Source of the DNA: Candidatus Rifleibacteriota bacterium
GTDB taxonomy: Bacteria > Muiribacteriota > Ozemobacteria > Ozemobacterales > Ozemobacteraceae
Reading direction: 5' to 3'
Length of the DNA: 64,000 nt
NCBI GenBank assembly: GCA_012520995.1
Contig: JAAYNI010000071.1
Coordinates: 1,224-65,223, forward strand
Shown here: piece by piece, positions 36,795 to 47,196 of the stretch
Numbering within the stretch: position 1 is the stretch's first letter
Layout of the letters: each line of letters opens with the position of its first letter
Notes under the pieces: generated by a model
Told to the model about the DNA's origin: nothing
What the model saw: only the letters and a program-made list of their open reading frames with translations
Databases searched by the model: none
Position numbers and translations under genes: made by a program

Positions 36795-39680
36795 ATGAAA
36801 GTAAGAACTTTAAATAGGCGTGGCAGTGCCTTCGTAGTGATCATAGGCATTTTGTCTGTAATTATTATTATTGGTTATTTGTTCATGGGTTCCACCATAG
36901 AACAAGGAAGGCAGACTTCTCAGAGTGTTCAAGGCTTGCAGGCTACTTATTTAGCGGAAGCTGCTCTTGAAAGAACTATGACTTTGCTTAAAACAGATGC
37001 CAATGAGCAGGATTTTAAAACTTTTGAAACAGCAAAGTCAATTCCTTTGCAGCTGCGCTTGCCTATGAAGGAAGGCTCAGGCTCTATTTCAAGTTCCTTA
37101 GGAACCGATAAACTTCTTGCTTTGCCGAACTCAGCTCTTGTCACTGAGGGAGTAACTTTGACTAAGGAAGATTTGCAAGCTGAGGGTTTGGGCACCTCCT
37201 TGGATGAGCTTGTAGAATTTATGACAGACGGCCGAGCCGAATCCTATGATGTTAAGGTAAATATTAAACTGGATAAGGCTTTCTCATATGGTCCGGGAAA
37301 AGAGTATGAGGATTATAAAATTCCTGGAGTCCAATTGCCTTGGAATATAAGAAAAGACGTTGAAAATTTTCTTGATGGCAAAGGCTATGTAGCTATGATT
37401 TTACAGTTTCCTGATAGCATGAAGTGGTTTGACTTTACTATTAACCTGGGCGGAGGAGTATTTTCTCTAGAGCTGGATTTAGTAAAGGAATTTGACAAAC
37501 TAATTGCTGCCATGGGTATCAAGGACTTTGAATTATCAAAATATCTTTTGATAGATACTTTTGCTAGGTGGATTTTCAATGATGTGCTTTTTAAGGGTAA
37601 AGACCCCCCTGTTTATCCTTTCAAAAAAATACTAGAGAAAAATCTGAAGACTTCTTTGGAGGATTTTCTTCCTGCCGATTTTCTGGCAACCTCGGGTGTT
37701 TCCCCGACGGATAAGGATTTACACTTTGAAAAATATGGACAACTTTTAATAGAGTGTGAAGCCAGCATAAAATATAAAGGTTCTACAGAGACGAAAAGAC
37801 GCATTTCTGCTGTCAAAGACTTTAAAGTAGCAGACTGTGAACCCATAGCTCCCATGTACAGTTTCTTTGTTAATAATTCTCCTAATGACTATCTGACCTT
37901 CAATAGCGCTGGGGGACAATTCTATGTTAACAATATTGACCATGGCGGTTTGGGTGAGATGATAAACAAAATAAAGAGCATACCCGGCAAAATAGTCAAT
38001 GTTTTCAAAAAGAAAGCCCCTCCTACAATGGATGAGCTCGAAAAGAAAGAATATCCTGGTCTAATAAGACTGAATTACAAGGGTGATGAAACTTTCCCAT
38101 ACCCTATGTTGTGCAATGTCAGTTTTCTAGGCGATACAACTGTGCCAGATATGCCGGATACCAAGAAACTTGTAGATCTGCCGCTTGGTATAGACAATCT
38201 TTTCAGATCTATGGAGGTTGGATCTATTATTAAGCCTGGCAGCAGCATGGTTATTGCCTCTGGTCACATGACTATGAAAGGAGTGGTGAAAGACGGCGGA
38301 GGAGCCAGTAATGAATTCGCTAAAGATAAGACTCCTCCTTCTGATGCACAAGCGCCAGATAAGCTTACTAAAGAAACTGGAGGAGCTCCTGCTCCTAAAA
38401 ATACGGCAGGCATGACGGGAACCTCCTTTTCAGATGAGACTGCAGATAAACAAAAGAATAATCCTAGTTTAGGAATGAATATGACTTCAGGCTTGGGCTT
38501 GGCAGATGTCATGGGGCAATTAAAGAAAATGGCCAAGATTAATGTTGTTCCTAATCTTATGGACATCAGTAAACACTTGCTGGATTTTACCCTTGGTATG
38601 GCAAACTATGCTTTCAATGAAGTAAAAGCCAGCTCAGAGACTCTTAGCAAGGTTCCAATAAAAATGGATGGCGGTGACAGCTTTGAAAGATGGGAAATGC
38701 CATATTTTGGCACAAAAAACTCGTTTTATACTTTGCCTACCACTGGAATATCTGATAATAGAACCCATTTTTTTGGCAATAATGCTATGCATCCGACTAT
38801 GACCAGAGAAATAGAGGGCAATGTAATGAAGGTTTATCGTCAGTGGAACATGATGATAGTCGGTTTGAAGCCTGAACATAGATTGCCGACTCCTTGGCCT
38901 CCTATAACTATACCGCCCTTTCCTGTCCCTATTTGGTATACGAAAACTATTGCTGAAAAGTATGGCTATTCCTTGGGAACTTTGGCTCCTGTGGATAATG
39001 AGGGGAATGTGGAACATGCTATAAACTCATATGACCCTGCTTTGTTATCTAATTATCCCCCTAACTTGAGCACTGCCGAACAATATGCTAAGAAAGCTAC
39101 TTATTATTATGACACCTACCAAGAGTTTTTGGACGACATTAAAAATCGAACCACAAAAGTTGATATAGAAGGGGTGGGCGAAAAAGATTGTTTCTTGCTC
39201 AATGGTATTACTTTTGTTGCTGACAGTATTGGCACCTTCAACGAGCCTTTTGTTCCGCCTCTTGACGACAAAAAAGACTTCTATGTCACGGGCAAGGGCG
39301 CTATAGTTTGCTCTGGAAACTTTTTCTTGGGCTGCAACATAAGATGTGCGGATCGCGGCGATTTGAGAACCAATTTTTCTTTGATTTGCCGTACAGGTGG
39401 ACTGATTGTGCCTGCAACTTCCGACTCTCTTCTTTTTGAGGGTTCCCTCTATACAGATATGGGTTTAATGAGCTTGATGGGTGCAGGTCTTCAAATTAGA
39501 GGAAACTGGGTTACGGATGTTTTTAACAAGCCGCTTATGGGAGGAGCTGTACAGCTGGATTACATAAGCTCAAGAGTGAGAACTTCTCTTGGCAGTTTGC
39601 ATCCTGAGAGAGGCAGGTTTGAGCCTAACAGATATTTCGTAACATTCAGCCCGGCTTGGGCATCTTGGAGGGTTCACTGA
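36795..39680 (+). CDS. Very large PilX/GspK-like protein (class III signal peptide-like N-terminus)
   Basis: SD GGAGG; NRRG-SAFVVIIGIL hydrophobic helix without Glu5, QATYLAEAALE PilX-type motif; 961 aa. Confidence 0.75.
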   Translation: MKVRTLNRRGSAFVVIIGILSVIIIIGYLFMGSTIEQGRQTSQSVQGLQATYLAEAALERTMTLLKTDANEQDFKTFETAKSIPLQLRLPMKEGSGSISSSLGTDKLLALPNSALVTEGVTLTKEDLQAEGLGTSLDELVEFMTDGRAESYDVKVNIKLDKAFSYGPGKEYEDYKIPGVQLPWNIRKDVENFLDGKGYVAMILQFPDSMKWFDFTINLGGGVFSLELDLVKEFDKLIAAMGIKDFELSKYLLIDTFARWIFNDVLFKGKDPPVYPFKKILEKNLKTSLEDFLPADFLATSGVSPTDKDLHFEKYGQLLIECEASIKYKGSTETKRRISAVKDFKVADCEPIAPMYSFFVNNSPNDYLTFNSAGGQFYVNNIDHGGLGEMINKIKSIPGKIVNVFKKKAPPTMDELEKKEYPGLIRLNYKGDETFPYPMLCNVSFLGDTTVPDMPDTKKLVDLPLGIDNLFRSMEVGSIIKPGSSMVIASGHMTMKGVVKDGGGASNEFAKDKTPPSDAQAPDKLTKETGGAPAPKNTAGMTGTSFSDETADKQKNNPSLGMNMTSGLGLADVMGQLKKMAKINVVPNLMDISKHLLDFTLGMANYAFNEVKASSETLSKVPIKMDGGDSFERWEMPYFGTKNSFYTLPTTGISDNRTHFFGNNAMHPTMTREIEGNVMKVYRQWNMMIVGLKPEHRLPTPWPPITIPPFPVPIWYTKTIAEKYGYSLGTLAPVDNEGNVEHAINSYDPALLSNYPPNLSTAEQYAKKATYYYDTYQEFLDDIKNRTTKVDIEGVGEKDCFLLNGITFVADSIGTFNEPFVPPLDDKKDFYVTGKGAIVCSGNFFLGCNIRCADRGDLRTNFSLICRTGGLIVPATSDSLLFEGSLYTDMGLMSLMGAGLQIRGNWVTDVFNKPLMGGAVQLDYISSRVRTSLGSLHPERGRFEPNRYFVTFSPAWASWRVH

Positions 39681-40201
39681 TGCCATTTAGCACTTTCTTT
39701 AAACAGAAATCAGCAGTTTCTCTTCTTGAGGTTCTTATCGCTGCTGTAATAATAGCTCTGACCTTTATTCCCATCATGAGATTGGTGGACTTCGGTTCTG
39801 TTTCAACTGTGAAGCAAGGCAACTATGCCAGGGCGACGAGACTTGCTCAAGAATTGATTGAAGAATGCAAATCTGTTCCCTTCAAACTTTACGAGGAGAA
39901 ATATCGTGAGCTGGGTAGCGAGGGAAAGAATGAAGAAGACCTTTCTAATACTGATTTCTTTCCGAAAACCCAAGAAAATATACAAAAGTTTGTTGATGAA
40001 GAAGGAAAGAAGGGAAACTTAAAGCAATTTAAGTTAAAAGCCAAGATCAAGGGGATAAGAAACGAGCTGAATCAATTGGCCGAAATATGGTTCTTTGTAG
40101 AAATGAATTGGGTTGACAAAGGCGATCTTGAGTCCGCCTCAGAAGAGCAAAAAAGAACCGTAAAGGTGGGTTCAGCTTATCATAATGCTGAAATAATTTG
40201 A
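39680..40201 (+). CDS. Prepilin-type (PilV-like) minor pilin
   Basis: KQKSA-VSLLEVLIAAVII, ATRLAQELIEE motif; TGATG coupling to the upstream gene. Confidence 0.8.
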   Translation: MPFSTFFKQKSAVSLLEVLIAAVIIALTFIPIMRLVDFGSVSTVKQGNYARATRLAQELIEECKSVPFKLYEEKYRELGSEGKNEEDLSNTDFFPKTQENIQKFVDEEGKKGNLKQFKLKAKIKGIRNELNQLAEIWFFVEMNWVDKGDLESASEEQKRTVKVGSAYHNAEII

Positions 40202-40216
40202 GACAGGAGATTAGCG

Positions 40217-41749
40217 ATGATTAGAAAGCCAAGAAGACTTTCCGCTTTTACTTTTGTTGAAGTCATGGCGGCTTTGGTTATAAGTATAATGGCTTTGACC
40301 GCCGGATATGCTTTGTGGTCCAGAATTTCGCGCCAGTTTACTTTGTCTACTACTAGACAAAGGTTACAGAGTGAGTTGAGGAAAACTGCTGAAATTATGG
40401 CAAGGGATTTCAAGGCGATAAAAAAAGGCACTCTCTCGGCTGACTCACGTTCATCGGCAGAGAGAAACGACTTGAATTTTTCCTTTGAGGTCTTTAAAGA
40501 ATTAGGTGATGAAGAAAAAAATACAGATGGAAATGTTAAGCTTGCTCAAGAATTTGTCAGCAAGGTAACTTATAATCTGAATAGCTCAGTTCTTTCTAGA
40601 GAAGAAGACGGCAAAGGTAAGAAAATATTATCTATATCAGTAGAATCTATAGTTTTGGATTCTCAAGGCGCTTCCGCCTCTGGCGAAGAAAAGAAAAAAA
40701 AGTTGACTGCAGATGAGCTTTGGGAGGCTGGGAAGCAAGCAAAGCTTGATATAGTTGTAACCGGGAAAGCCAAAGTTCCTGGTACTGGTAAAGACATTTA
40801 TCACGAAGAGCGTACTTCTATCGTGATGAGAGATGAGTTTAATCAAATAATGGCTCAAAACTATGTCTCTCTAGCAGATCTGTTTACCAAAGAATCAGAT
40901 GAAGTGATTAAAACGGCAGAAGAGGGCGAAGATCCTTTTGGCGATGGAATGAACGAAGACTTTTTAGCATCCCTGCCAAGAGAAGTCCTTGATAGTATGT
41001 TAAATTCAAAGAATCAGGAAAAAGGACAGCTTGAAGATTATATAAAGAAGGTTAATGAAGATTCTGGGGATGTTGATATTGGCAAGCGTTGGTTCTTTCA
41101 TTCGCAATACTCATCTAGTTTAAGTTCCCTCAAAGATGACTTGAAAAAGTCGCAAACTGTCGATGATACAAAAAAAGCGCAAAAAGGTCTTGAGGGCGAG
41201 ATTCAATTTATTGAAAATAATTATATGAAAAGGTTCTTGGGCGATGTGCCAACCATACCGTCAAGGAAAGATTTTCAAACCGAAGATGAGTATAATGCTA
41301 AAATTGCTGAATTATCAAAAGATCCTGCGAAGCTGAGAGAGGCAAGAATTAATCAAGAAGCCATACAAATGGCACTTATGGATAAAGATGCAAGAAAGAC
41401 TAACGAAAATGATGGTGAAGACCTCGAGAAAGGTACAAGTATAGAAGGATATAGAAAAGCTTCTGCAGACGCAGCGAGTTCCAGTACGCCTTTAAGTCAG
41501 GAAGAAAGAGATTATAGATCTGCAGTTGAAGAACGATATAATCAGATAGTCTCTTCTGAAGCCTATACATCATGGGATCACAAAGACAGCACTTTGTGGA
41601 TTGACGGAGCAGATAAAAAAGATTATGAAGCATATTGCGGTGCAAAAACTCTAGTCAACTATGCTATTACGAAGGGACAGGTGCAAGAAACTTTAGCTGG
41701 GGTTCAAGACACTATAACAGCTATTGAAAATGCTAAAAAAACCACCTAA
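40217..41749 (+). CDS. Prepilin-type (PilW/GspJ-like) protein with a long helical C-terminal extension
   Basis: RRLSA-FTFVEVMAALVI, ELR..AEIMARDFK, VTYNL...LSRE; about 300 additional charged helical residues. Confidence 0.8.
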   Translation: MIRKPRRLSAFTFVEVMAALVISIMALTAGYALWSRISRQFTLSTTRQRLQSELRKTAEIMARDFKAIKKGTLSADSRSSAERNDLNFSFEVFKELGDEEKNTDGNVKLAQEFVSKVTYNLNSSVLSREEDGKGKKILSISVESIVLDSQGASASGEEKKKKLTADELWEAGKQAKLDIVVTGKAKVPGTGKDIYHEERTSIVMRDEFNQIMAQNYVSLADLFTKESDEVIKTAEEGEDPFGDGMNEDFLASLPREVLDSMLNSKNQEKGQLEDYIKKVNEDSGDVDIGKRWFFHSQYSSSLSSLKDDLKKSQTVDDTKKAQKGLEGEIQFIENNYMKRFLGDVPTIPSRKDFQTEDEYNAKIAELSKDPAKLREARINQEAIQMALMDKDARKTNENDGEDLEKGTSIEGYRKASADAASSSTPLSQEERDYRSAVEERYNQIVSSEAYTSWDHKDSTLWIDGADKKDYEAYCGAKTLVNYAITKGQVQETLAGVQDTITAIENAKKTT

Positions 41750-41878
41750 CATCTATAAGAATGGCAAAGCAGCTAAGCAAAGTTGCTTGAAAAAGTCTAA
41801 TCTATATGACTTGTCTGCTTTTTATATTTTGTTTCTAACTATTTAAAATCTTCAAAAAACTGCCGACCGTTTAGCTGA

Positions 41879-42829
41879 ATGAAAAGCAAAAAATGGTCGG
41901 TGTTTTTTTATTTAGCAGCAATATTAATCCTTCTGCCTTTCCTGCTATCAGCTTGCTCTACTGCTACTGATGGCGGTTTCTCTGATTGGGAAGAGCTGAT
42001 TCCTAAAGCAAGAACCTTCAGAGTTTCAGGAAAGGTGGATTTTTCTGTACAGGCTATATCAGCAGGAGGATATGAGACCCTTGACAGAGATATGACTGGG
42101 ACGGAGGTGTACATAGACGGGTACTCGTCAACCTGCTATGCCAAAACAGACGAGTTCGGGCGTTTTAGCATAGAAAATGTGCCGGAAGGATATCAAAGCA
42201 TAATTGCAATTAAACATCCAAAATATAGTCCGCCATGGATAGCTAAAACTGAAACCTTTCCAGTCTTTGAAAATACAATTGACCTTAAGAAAGTCGTTGA
42301 GTTGTCTCCTGCTACAGTTTTCAGAAAAATGGTTATCAGGGATTTGTTGACCGCTTCTCCATTGGATGCGACGGTTAACGTTTGGGGGATGACAAAAAAA
42401 GCAGTTGGGGGCAAAGTTACCGTGGGACCTGCCGTTGCTGATGAAAGTGCGAAAGAGGTAAGGATAACAGCAAAAGGTTACAAGCCTTTAACAGGTGTTT
42501 TGCTTTTTGACGGAAAGGCTCAAGCGGAAGTATTTGTAAACTTGACTCCTTTGGGCTTTGCTAACAGAGCTCCTATTGCTGATATTATTGCATCTTCAAC
42601 AGTTATGAGAGCAGGGGAGTCTCAAGAGCTTGTAGCCTCATGGCTTGATGCCGACGGTGATCCTGTAACCTGGGCTTGGGAATTCGATGGCGGCGAACTA
42701 GAAAATCCTAGAAGGAATAGAACACGGTACACAGCTCCGCTTCAAAAAGGATATTACAGTATAACTTTGAGAGTTGCTGACCCTGCGGGTGCAAGCGGTT
42801 CTGCCAGACTTATAATAGAGGTTATATAA
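41879..42829 (+). CDS. Lipoprotein with carboxypeptidase-regulatory-like and Ig/PKD-like domains
   Basis: Lipobox LSAC; VSGKV..TDEFGRFSIENVPEG; NRAP..DADGDPVTWAW..YTAP..G.Y.ITLRVAD. Confidence 0.8.
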   Translation: MKSKKWSVFFYLAAILILLPFLLSACSTATDGGFSDWEELIPKARTFRVSGKVDFSVQAISAGGYETLDRDMTGTEVYIDGYSSTCYAKTDEFGRFSIENVPEGYQSIIAIKHPKYSPPWIAKTETFPVFENTIDLKKVVELSPATVFRKMVIRDLLTASPLDATVNVWGMTKKAVGGKVTVGPAVADESAKEVRITAKGYKPLTGVLLFDGKAQAEVFVNLTPLGFANRAPIADIIASSTVMRAGESQELVASWLDADGDPVTWAWEFDGGELENPRRNRTRYTAPLQKGYYSITLRVADPAGASGSARLIIEVI

Positions 42830-42856
42830 AAAATATCTTCATTTATTTGCAAGCTC

Positions 42857-42865
42857 TGCTATAAT
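42857..42865 (+). promoter_or_regulatory. Extended -10 element TGCTATAAT
   Basis: About 50 nt upstream of the ATG at 42916 (SD GGAG). Confidence 0.55.
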
Positions 42866-42915
42866 GTCATGTAGAAATCCTTATTTGCATTATAAAAACG
42901 GAGCTTATTGCACAA

Positions 42916-44970
42916 ATGAAAGATTTTGCGGACAATTTCTGCATACAACGCCTTAGCCATAGGCAAAGGCAAATTATAAATAAAAACTCAGAAAAGTTTG
43001 AATTTTTGCAATCCTATCAAGCTGATTGCAGAGAGATTAACCAAGATATATTAGATCAGTGGCTTGCCAGCTCTTCCAAAACTTTTCGTTATGCTGCCCT
43101 TTCTTACATGCTTTGGACAGAGGTTTCAACCTTGCCGGCCAGCTTCAAAAAACTTTTCGATGAAGAAACAGATGAGTTTTTAATTTTAAAAATGATTCTT
43201 CTGGTACAGAGAACTTCTTCCAAAGACTATGTCAATATTCTGAAACGATTTTTAGTGCATAAGAACAACAGAATCAGATCCTATGCGGTAGAAGCCCTCG
43301 CTACATTGGATTATGAGAACGCCAAAGATTATATGAAGCCGCTTTTAAGCGATTCTGATAACAGGGTGATGGCTAATTTGATTTTTCTTTTTGGAAAGTC
43401 GGCTTCCACAGACGTAATAGACTTGTTGCATACTTTGCTCGGAAAGAAAAATAATCGTTATAAACAGAGCGTTCTATATGTTGTTAATGAATTAAAGCTC
43501 TCAGAAGCGGAGCAGATATTATGCAAAACTCTTTACGACTCTAACCCCCGTGTTAGAGATCGTTCTTATTTGATGCTTAAAACATTTACAGAGAACAGCA
43601 TCTGTGATGGAACTCATCTCTTAGAAGAAACCAATGCCATAATAGAAAACAAAAAGCTTTCTTCAGGTGAGCCAGAACTGACTCCAGAAGCTTTTGATGC
43701 TAAAATCTGTGCGGAACGCGATGCGGTTGTCGCTCTTGCAAAGCATGCTATTGACTCTGGGCAAGCAGATAAAAACGAGCAAAGAATTTTATCGCAAGTA
43801 ACCAATGAACTGACTACTCCGTTAGGTATCTTAAAAGATCTTGAAAATAACAAGGAAAAACTCGCGGAAGGTTGCTGTTTGATCGATACAAAACACTTTG
43901 CAAGTGCCATTGTAGATGACATAACTTCTATTATGGAGAGAGAGGAGTCTTTCCTCTATAACTTAGGTCTTGACGTTTATGAGGGACATCTTGCTAAGGG
44001 AGACGAATCTCCTGAAGAAGTGACTTTAAGAGAGAATGTTGCAAAATCTCTTTATTCGGAGATTCCGGAGCTTTTTGCTCTAGTGCCTTCACCAAATGTT
44101 TCCTTTTTGAATTTTATGTCACTGTCTTTTGACCTTTATAAGAAGTTTTTCTCGGTTGTTTTTCTGAAAACCTTGCTTTCATTTGTATTCTTTATATGGC
44201 TTGTTTTCCTCTTTATGAGAGGAACATTGCCAATTTTCCATAGTTGGACTAATCCTACGGAATCTCTTGGTGCAGCTCAAAATATGAGCATCTTGGGTTA
44301 TACGACTCTGTTTTTGCTGACTATACTTATAATTTATTTGGACTGGAGCGCTTTTTTAACTATATTGACGCAACGAGGTTTAAGTCATAGACGAACCAGC
44401 TTCTTTCAGTTATTGAGATACTCATTGGAAAATCATGTTTATGCTCTTAAAACCGTCAGCATTAAATTTGTTGTTATTTTTGCTGCCATGACCATTGTTT
44501 TTATGCCGTTATCATTTTTGTCTAAGGCTAGCTTTTTCAGTGATACGGGTATTTCCTTATTGCTGAAAGTGTTGGTTTTTGTTTTATTGCCTGCTTTGCT
44601 GTTACTATATGCTATCTTGCGTCTTGGATATGTTGAAGAGTGCAAGGGACTTTTGCCTTTGGAAGATGCTTTTGTTCTTTCGGCAAGAGTGTTGTCGGCT
44701 AACAGATATAAAGGTCTGAAAATAAAGTTCTTTGTGTTTTTGTCTATGCTGGCTGTGTTTTCAGTATTTTTCTCTTTTCTGTTTGAAGTGGTTAATATGG
44801 AACAAATAGCTTTGAAATTTGGTTCTGTCACAGTGCTTCTGTTTATTTTGATTTTGCTGGTTTTGCCATTCGGTATTTTACCGACAGCAGCCTATGTCAT
44901 GAGCATATATAAACCAGAAGTTACAGCTCATGAGCTTAAGACCTTTGCCGGAATGAAAAAGAAAACATAA
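42916..44970 (+). CDS. HEAT-repeat protein with a C-terminal multi-TM domain
   Basis: NNRIRSYAVEAL, DSDNRVMAN, DSNPRVRD repeats; about six hydrophobic segments after residue 400. Confidence 0.75.
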   Translation: MKDFADNFCIQRLSHRQRQIINKNSEKFEFLQSYQADCREINQDILDQWLASSSKTFRYAALSYMLWTEVSTLPASFKKLFDEETDEFLILKMILLVQRTSSKDYVNILKRFLVHKNNRIRSYAVEALATLDYENAKDYMKPLLSDSDNRVMANLIFLFGKSASTDVIDLLHTLLGKKNNRYKQSVLYVVNELKLSEAEQILCKTLYDSNPRVRDRSYLMLKTFTENSICDGTHLLEETNAIIENKKLSSGEPELTPEAFDAKICAERDAVVALAKHAIDSGQADKNEQRILSQVTNELTTPLGILKDLENNKEKLAEGCCLIDTKHFASAIVDDITSIMEREESFLYNLGLDVYEGHLAKGDESPEEVTLRENVAKSLYSEIPELFALVPSPNVSFLNFMSLSFDLYKKFFSVVFLKTLLSFVFFIWLVFLFMRGTLPIFHSWTNPTESLGAAQNMSILGYTTLFLLTILIIYLDWSAFLTILTQRGLSHRRTSFFQLLRYSLENHVYALKTVSIKFVVIFAAMTIVFMPLSFLSKASFFSDTGISLLLKVLVFVLLPALLLLYAILRLGYVEECKGLLPLEDAFVLSARVLSANRYKGLKIKFFVFLSMLAVFSVFFSFLFEVVNMEQIALKFGSVTVLLFILILLVLPFGILPTAAYVMSIYKPEVTAHELKTFAGMKKKT

Positions 44971-44997
44971 AAAGATATAAAAAATAGGAGTGATAAA

Positions 44998-47130
44998 ATG
45001 AATTTGGAAGACAACCCATTATTGCTGCGGGAAGAATTCATCAGGTATGATTTAATAAAACCTGAGCATTTTAGACCGGCTCTCAACCATGTTTTTGAAG
45101 AACTAGAATCTCAATTTGAAAAGATTGAAGCTAATCATGAGCCTACATGGGAAGGTCTGATGAAGCCTTTAGAAGATTTGTCGCTCCCAATAGAATATAC
45201 TTGGAATGCTTTATCACACTTGCTCGCTGTAAAAAACAAACCTGAGCTTAGAAAAATTCATGCGGAGTTTTTACCCCGAATTACACAGTTTGTTTTAAAA
45301 ATGGGACAGAGCCCTAAAATTTATCGTGCTCTGAAAAATCTCAGGAAAACCCAATATTATAAAACTCTTTCAAATGCTAAACGCAGGGCTATAAATATAA
45401 GGCTGTTTGCCGCAAAGAGCAGCGGTATAGAGCTTGAAGGCTCAGAACGTGACGAATTTAATAGAGTAGTTAACGAAATGAAGGAGCTTGAAAGCAAGTT
45501 TTCTAACAATCTTTTGGATTCATTGGCCGATTACCGTCTTATAATAACAGAACCAGCTGATTCTGAAGGGTGGCCGGATTCTCTTTTAAGCATGACCGCC
45601 AGCAGCTACAATGAAGCTTTTCCGACAGAAGCTCAAAAGGCTACTCCTGAAAACGGGCCTTGGCTGATTACTTTGGCGCCATCTGTTTTTATGGGAATAA
45701 TGAAACATTGTAAAAACAGAGAGATAAGAAAAAAGGTCCACACGGCCTATGTAACTCGTGCAACAGAGCCAGAGAGAGATAGTGCTCCGATTATCAATAG
45801 AATGCTTGAGTTACGAAAGAAACAGGCTAGTTTGCTTGGATTTGAAACATTCGCTGATTTTTCTCTCACAAATAAAATGGCTAAAACTCCAGCCAATGTG
45901 CAGAGAGTTCTTCATGAATTGGAAGTTGCTAGCAAGCCTTTTGCCGAAAAAGAAAAAAATGACTTGGAGAAGCTGGCCTTGGCTAATGGCCAAAAAGACC
46001 CTATAATGGCCTATGATGTGCCTTATTGGGCAGAGCAGCTTAGAGAACAGCTTTTTGATTACAAAGATGAAGACATAAGACCTTATTTTCCATTAGATAA
46101 TGTGCTTCAAGGCATGTTTGATTTGGCAGCAAAACTTTTTGACGTATCTATCGGACTCTCAGATTATCCCAATTACCCTAAGTGGGATAAAGAAGTAAGG
46201 CTTTACGATGTTAAGAACTCAGAGGGCAAGCTGATCGCCAGATTTTACTTGGATCCCTTTTCCAGACCAGGGCAAAAACGCAGCGGCGCTTGGATGAGTC
46301 CATGCTTTAACAGACGTATCATCAACGGAAATATTAAAAATCCCCTTGTTTACATAGTTTGCAATGCTATGCCTCCTATAGACGGCAAGCCATCACTATT
46401 GAATTTCACTGAAATCAACACTCTGTTTCATGAATTTGGACATGCTCTTCAAGCTATGCTGACAACAGTTGACGAATCAGAGGTTGCAGGAGTTCAGGGA
46501 ATAGAGTGGGATGCGGTTGAACTTGCCAGCCAATTTATGGAGAGATGGTGTGTTTTGCCTTCGACACTAAAGGCTATGAGCAAGCATTACATTACAGGTG
46601 AACCATTGCCGAAAGAAATCGTTCACAAAATATGCGATTCTAAAAAGTTCCAGGCGGGCTTTCAAATGCTGCGACAGATTTCATTGGCAAGAACAGACCT
46701 CTATCTGCACAGCGAATATAATCCTAAGGCTATGACTCCCTTTGAAGCAGCCAGAAAAATCGAAATGCAGACAACTGTTTATGAGCCTATAGAAGAAAAT
46801 AAATTTTTATGTTCTTTTGGACATATCTTTGCTGGCCCGTATGCTTCAGCCTATTATTCATACAAGTGGGCGGAAATTCTCAGTTCTGACGCTTTTTCTG
46901 CTTTTGAAGAAGTTGGACTTGACGATGATGAAGCAATGAGGCGGGTAGGTAAGAGGTTTAAAGAGACAATTCTTGCCTCTGGCGGAAGCATACAGCCTGA
47001 CAAACTTTTTAAAGCTTTCAGAGGACGTGAGCCGTCGGTTGAGCCTCTACTTAGACATTCAGGTTTGCTTGCTCCTATAATAGTTAAGCCTAAAAAGACC
47101 TTGAAAAAAGCTAAGCATTCACAAGCATAG
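44998..47130 (+). CDS. prlC: Oligopeptidase A (M3A family)
   Basis: NPLL, KRSGAWM, LFHEFGHALQ, EWDAVELASQFME, FGHIFAG.Y...YYSYKWAE, FRGREP. Confidence 0.93.
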   Translation: MNLEDNPLLLREEFIRYDLIKPEHFRPALNHVFEELESQFEKIEANHEPTWEGLMKPLEDLSLPIEYTWNALSHLLAVKNKPELRKIHAEFLPRITQFVLKMGQSPKIYRALKNLRKTQYYKTLSNAKRRAINIRLFAAKSSGIELEGSERDEFNRVVNEMKELESKFSNNLLDSLADYRLIITEPADSEGWPDSLLSMTASSYNEAFPTEAQKATPENGPWLITLAPSVFMGIMKHCKNREIRKKVHTAYVTRATEPERDSAPIINRMLELRKKQASLLGFETFADFSLTNKMAKTPANVQRVLHELEVASKPFAEKEKNDLEKLALANGQKDPIMAYDVPYWAEQLREQLFDYKDEDIRPYFPLDNVLQGMFDLAAKLFDVSIGLSDYPNYPKWDKEVRLYDVKNSEGKLIARFYLDPFSRPGQKRSGAWMSPCFNRRIINGNIKNPLVYIVCNAMPPIDGKPSLLNFTEINTLFHEFGHALQAMLTTVDESEVAGVQGIEWDAVELASQFMERWCVLPSTLKAMSKHYITGEPLPKEIVHKICDSKKFQAGFQMLRQISLARTDLYLHSEYNPKAMTPFEAARKIEMQTTVYEPIEENKFLCSFGHIFAGPYASAYYSYKWAEILSSDAFSAFEEVGLDDDEAMRRVGKRFKETILASGGSIQPDKLFKAFRGREPSVEPLLRHSGLLAPIIVKPKKTLKKAKHSQA

Positions 47131-47133
47131 ACT

Positions 47134-47173
47134 AAAAACGGCATTGGCAATTAAAAGTCAATGCCGTTTTTTT
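47134..47173 (+). terminator. Rho-independent terminator after prlC
   Basis: AAAAACGGCATTG...CAATGCCGTTTTT followed by more Ts. Confidence 0.8.
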
Positions 47174-47196
47174 ATATTTTACGAACTGCTGGACAG

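Noticed and set aside
41760-41820. Possible c-di-GMP-I riboswitch (GGCAAA...GTCTAA...ATGAC); a similar start occurs at 152-190
   Set aside because: No GAAA-capped P2 stem or GACGCAAA junction; the match is too weak.
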